Source: an uncultured bacterium (GTDB lineage Bacteria > Zixibacteria > MSB-5A5 > GN15 > FEB-12). Taken from it: 62,093 bases of DNA. The notes beneath the pieces are model-generated. The model saw only the letters and a program-made list of their open reading frames with translations. It ran no database searches and was not told the DNA's origin. Below are positions 58,921 to 62,093 of the stretch, in pieces. Made by a program: the position numbers and the translations under genes. Each line of letters starts with the position of its first letter. The first letter of the stretch is position 1. The stretch spans positions 1-62,093 of the forward strand of contig CBDVDR010000020.1 of the NCBI GenBank assembly GCA_965372795.1, given 5' to 3'.

Positions 58921-60975
58921 ATGACAAAAGAACAAACTAACAATGATTTTAAGCTAAATGATAATAAAGCCTATTTTATTTATACCTGTACCCTGATTGC
59001 TTTTTTTGTCGCTTCATTTTTTCCTGAGAACAGAATATGGGGATTTAACAATTACGCTTACCTTCCGGATCTTTGGAAATACAGTTTGTTCCTATTTTTT
59101 CTGATTATACCTGTTCTAATTACATTTTTTTTAAACAGAAAACTCTCTACCGAGCATAAGAAGGAATTATCAGAACGATCTTTTTATATTATAAGTGGAT
59201 TGATAACAGCGTCCTTTGGAGTTCTTTTTTATTTTTTCAGAGCAACAACTCATTTTTTAGGTGATGGATACCAAATAATCTCCCTCTTGGGTAATGCGGA
59301 CCATCATATAAAATATGTTGAGATGGGCGAAGCATGGGCTCATCTTTTGGTTCGGGATTTATTGGGTGAGGTTTCACGAGCTACGGCACTTCAGAGTTAT
59401 CAAGTATTATCTATAATTTCAGGGATGTTATTTCTCTTTGTCACCATTTATTTTTCTAAACAATATTTCATCGACAGATCAAAACAGTTATTTTTCCTGC
59501 TTGGATTAACCTCCGGCGGATATATGCTCCTATTTTTTGGTTATGTTGAGAATTATTCGTTGTTTATTGTTTCGGTATTGGCATTTACTTTAGCGGGACT
59601 TTTGATTGTTGAGAAGAAAATGCCCAAACCAGCCATTGTTCCATTGTTAGCTATTGCCATATTTATGCATGTCATGGGCACAACCTTAATACCAGCGGCG
59701 ATATATATCCTGTGGTATGATACTATAGTATTTAAAAAGTTAAAAAGTATTTCAGTTTCTATTAAAGCAATAAGCGGAATATTAATATTTGTTCTGCTGA
59801 CTTTGTTGTATAATTATTTTTCACATAAGTATCTATTTCTGAGATTTGCCACTCTCCCTTTTTTTGAAGATATATATACAGTTGAGGGTTATACTCTTTT
59901 ATCAAAAAATCATCTGCTGGACATATTAAATTTACTTTTTATACTAATTCCTGCTTTGCCGTTTACATTGTTTCTTAGTTATTTAACCAAACGGTACTGG
60001 GTAGATAAAAGCGAAATTTCCTTTCTTATTCTAATGGCTCTTTCTACATTTGGCGCCGTACTAATATTTGATCCGAAACTTGGGATGCCTCGTGATTGGG
60101 ATTTGTTTTCTTTTTCGGGAATCCCAATAATGGTTTTAACTCTCTTAATCGTATTAAAGAACTTTGAATTACAAAAGAGCCGGCTATTTATAATTTTGAT
60201 CGTTTCTTTAAATATTTATATGTTTATCCCAAGATTATATTGTCAGGTAAGTCCGCTTGATGGGATCGCTCAGGTTGAAAATTATTTTAAATTGGATAAA
60301 ACCAAGAACCGACCCGGTTATGCGGTGCTGATCAATTATTGTCTCGATAACGGTTTGCATGACAAAGCCGAGTCGACCAGAGAGTTTCTTGATAAAAACT
60401 ATCCCGAAATTGAAATGAATAAAAAAGCCAAAGCCTTATTGGATGAAAAGAAACTTCGTGAAGCTATCGATTTGTACGAGCAAATCATGAAAATAAATCC
60501 GATGTATTCGGATGTTTATAATAATTTGGGTAATTGCTATCTTGTGACCGGTAAGTTTGATACGGCGATTGCACTTTTCAATATTTCATTAGGATTAAAT
60601 CCGAATCGAGCTAATTTTTTATATAATCTGGGAAGCGCTTATTTTCGATCTGATGATATTAATAATGCCGAAGAGGTTTGGTTGAAAGCCGCCAAGCTTG
60701 ATAAAACAAGACATGAACCATTGATTGGTTTAGCCGGATTATACAAAAGAAAAGGCGAACTGGATAAGTGGTTTGAATATCTGATTAAAACTTCAGAAAT
60801 TGAGAAAGCACCATATTATATATATGTTGACTTAGGTTACATTTATATAAATAATGGCGACATTAAAAAAGCAGGAACCTACTTCAAGAAAGCAAAAGAA
60901 AAGGGGTTTGATATAAATCAGCTTGGATCTCTTTTAAGTAAATATCCCAAATTAAATTCATACATAGTAAATTGA
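58921..60975 (+). CDS. Multi-TM membrane protein with C-terminal TPR repeats (paralogue 2)
   Basis: Same motifs and same length (684 aa) as paralogue 1. Confidence 0.8.
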   Translation: MTKEQTNNDFKLNDNKAYFIYTCTLIAFFVASFFPENRIWGFNNYAYLPDLWKYSLFLFFLIIPVLITFFLNRKLSTEHKKELSERSFYIISGLITASFGVLFYFFRATTHFLGDGYQIISLLGNADHHIKYVEMGEAWAHLLVRDLLGEVSRATALQSYQVLSIISGMLFLFVTIYFSKQYFIDRSKQLFFLLGLTSGGYMLLFFGYVENYSLFIVSVLAFTLAGLLIVEKKMPKPAIVPLLAIAIFMHVMGTTLIPAAIYILWYDTIVFKKLKSISVSIKAISGILIFVLLTLLYNYFSHKYLFLRFATLPFFEDIYTVEGYTLLSKNHLLDILNLLFILIPALPFTLFLSYLTKRYWVDKSEISFLILMALSTFGAVLIFDPKLGMPRDWDLFSFSGIPIMVLTLLIVLKNFELQKSRLFIILIVSLNIYMFIPRLYCQVSPLDGIAQVENYFKLDKTKNRPGYAVLINYCLDNGLHDKAESTREFLDKNYPEIEMNKKAKALLDEKKLREAIDLYEQIMKINPMYSDVYNNLGNCYLVTGKFDTAIALFNISLGLNPNRANFLYNLGSAYFRSDDINNAEEVWLKAAKLDKTRHEPLIGLAGLYKRKGELDKWFEYLIKTSEIEKAPYYIYVDLGYIYINNGDIKKAGTYFKKAKEKGFDINQLGSLLSKYPKLNSYIVN

Positions 60976-60976
60976 T

Positions 60977-62086
60977 ATGGTCGTAACTGAAAACACAAAA
61001 CAGAAGTCCTCTCAACCGGAATATATTTTTTACATTCTCTATTTTATCACTTTATCAGCTTTTTTTATAAGCTCTTTTTTCCCAAATACCAGATTATGGG
61101 GAATTAATCATTGGAGTTTTTTACCTGATTATTGGCGTTATTTCATTTTAGTTATCGGAATTACTATCCCCTCTCTAATGCTGATACAATTTAAAAAGAA
61201 TGAACATTATGAAAGCTTAAATCAGGATTGTTTTTCTAAAAAGCAGTTTTATATATTCGCCACTCTTTCGATAATTGCATTTGGGTGCATCTTTTATTTA
61301 TTGCGAGTGCAGACATATTTTTTGGGCGATGGTTATACGGTTCTATCGCTGCTTTCATCCGATACGCCTTTGATAAAAAATCGGGAAATCGGTGAAGCCT
61401 TAGCTCATTTATGGGTTAAGGATTTATTTGGTACAGGTGAAACAGCAGCCTTGATCAGTTTCCAGGTAATTTCGATAACTTCGGGAGTTTTCTTTTTAAT
61501 AATCAGTTTTTTTATAGCGCGAGAGTTCACTGAAAGAAGAGATCATCAGATTTTTCTATACTTAGGCATAGCAACCGGTGGGTTTATGCTTCTCTTTTTT
61601 GGATACGTGGAGAATTACTCTATTTTTGTAACCTCGGTAATACTCTTTATTTTAATAGGTCGGTTTATACTGGCAGGACGTTTAAGCCGCTGGTTTATTG
61701 TTCCGTTTTTTATGCTCGCTTTGTTTTTTCATATTATGGGAATCACCCTTTTGCCCGGAATGATTTATATTTTATTTTCCAAAAGTAAAATATCAGATTT
61801 ATTTTTAAAACTTAAACCGTATTGGCAATATTTGCTATGCTCTTTAGTTTTTATAATTCCGGCAATAATTTTCAGTTATTATTATACCAGCAACAATTTT
61901 TTTAAGTTTTCAATCCTACCGGTTACAGAAGCAATCTTCACAGTAGAAAATTATACATTATTTTCCTTCAATCATATTTTGGACATATTAAATTTAATAT
62001 TTATTCTTACCCCGGCATCTTTACTTTTTTTTGGTTTAATTTTTTTTTATGGAAATATTTCAAAGAAAGTGAAAATATTGTGTTGA
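60977..62086 (+). CDS. Paralogue 3, apparently frameshifted at a poly-T tract near the window end
   Basis: FLGDG, FFGYVENY and VENYTLFS motifs; stops at 369 aa, before the RDWDLF motif and TPRs. Confidence 0.7.
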   Translation: MVVTENTKQKSSQPEYIFYILYFITLSAFFISSFFPNTRLWGINHWSFLPDYWRYFILVIGITIPSLMLIQFKKNEHYESLNQDCFSKKQFYIFATLSIIAFGCIFYLLRVQTYFLGDGYTVLSLLSSDTPLIKNREIGEALAHLWVKDLFGTGETAALISFQVISITSGVFFLIISFFIAREFTERRDHQIFLYLGIATGGFMLLFFGYVENYSIFVTSVILFILIGRFILAGRLSRWFIVPFFMLALFFHIMGITLLPGMIYILFSKSKISDLFLKLKPYWQYLLCSLVFIIPAIIFSYYYTSNNFFKFSILPVTEAIFTVENYTLFSFNHILDILNLIFILTPASLLFFGLIFFYGNISKKVKILC

Positions 62087-62093
62087 TGGCAAC

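Overview
AT-rich bacterial chromosomal window; T9SS C-terminal domains and cohesin-like repeats suggest an FCB-related lineage such as Zixibacteria (inference). Most of it is housekeeping: cysS, ddl, ispDF, queA, ruvCAB, yebC, rpsU-yqeY-cvpA-mutS2-dnaG-recN, tRNA-Thr(TGT), peptidases, transporters, an ECF sigma/anti-sigma pair and a Ser/Thr kinase-phosphatase pair. The most striking feature is two AT-rich accessory gene arrays (about 28.6-32.5 kb and 50.2-53.9 kb). In both, co-oriented minus-strand genes are separated by GTAG-footed REP-like hairpin doublets (9-bp covarying stem, CCTGY-like loop). Both arrays are headed by a sigma70 promoter, a shared ~80-bp leader block and a conserved 53-bp site (GAGCAAACGAACCCATTT plus a fixed-spacing inverted repeat). 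This is integron-like cassette architecture without attC sites or a local recombinase. Other points: rpsU appears to start at CTG behind a strong SD; the ammonia-lyase has Ala-Cys-Gly at the MIO triad and a possible leader ORF; a DEDDh exonuclease is fused to WYL; three tandem membrane/TPR paralogues are mosaic and the third shifts frame at a poly-T tract. Family names are recognised by eye from motifs, not from database searches.
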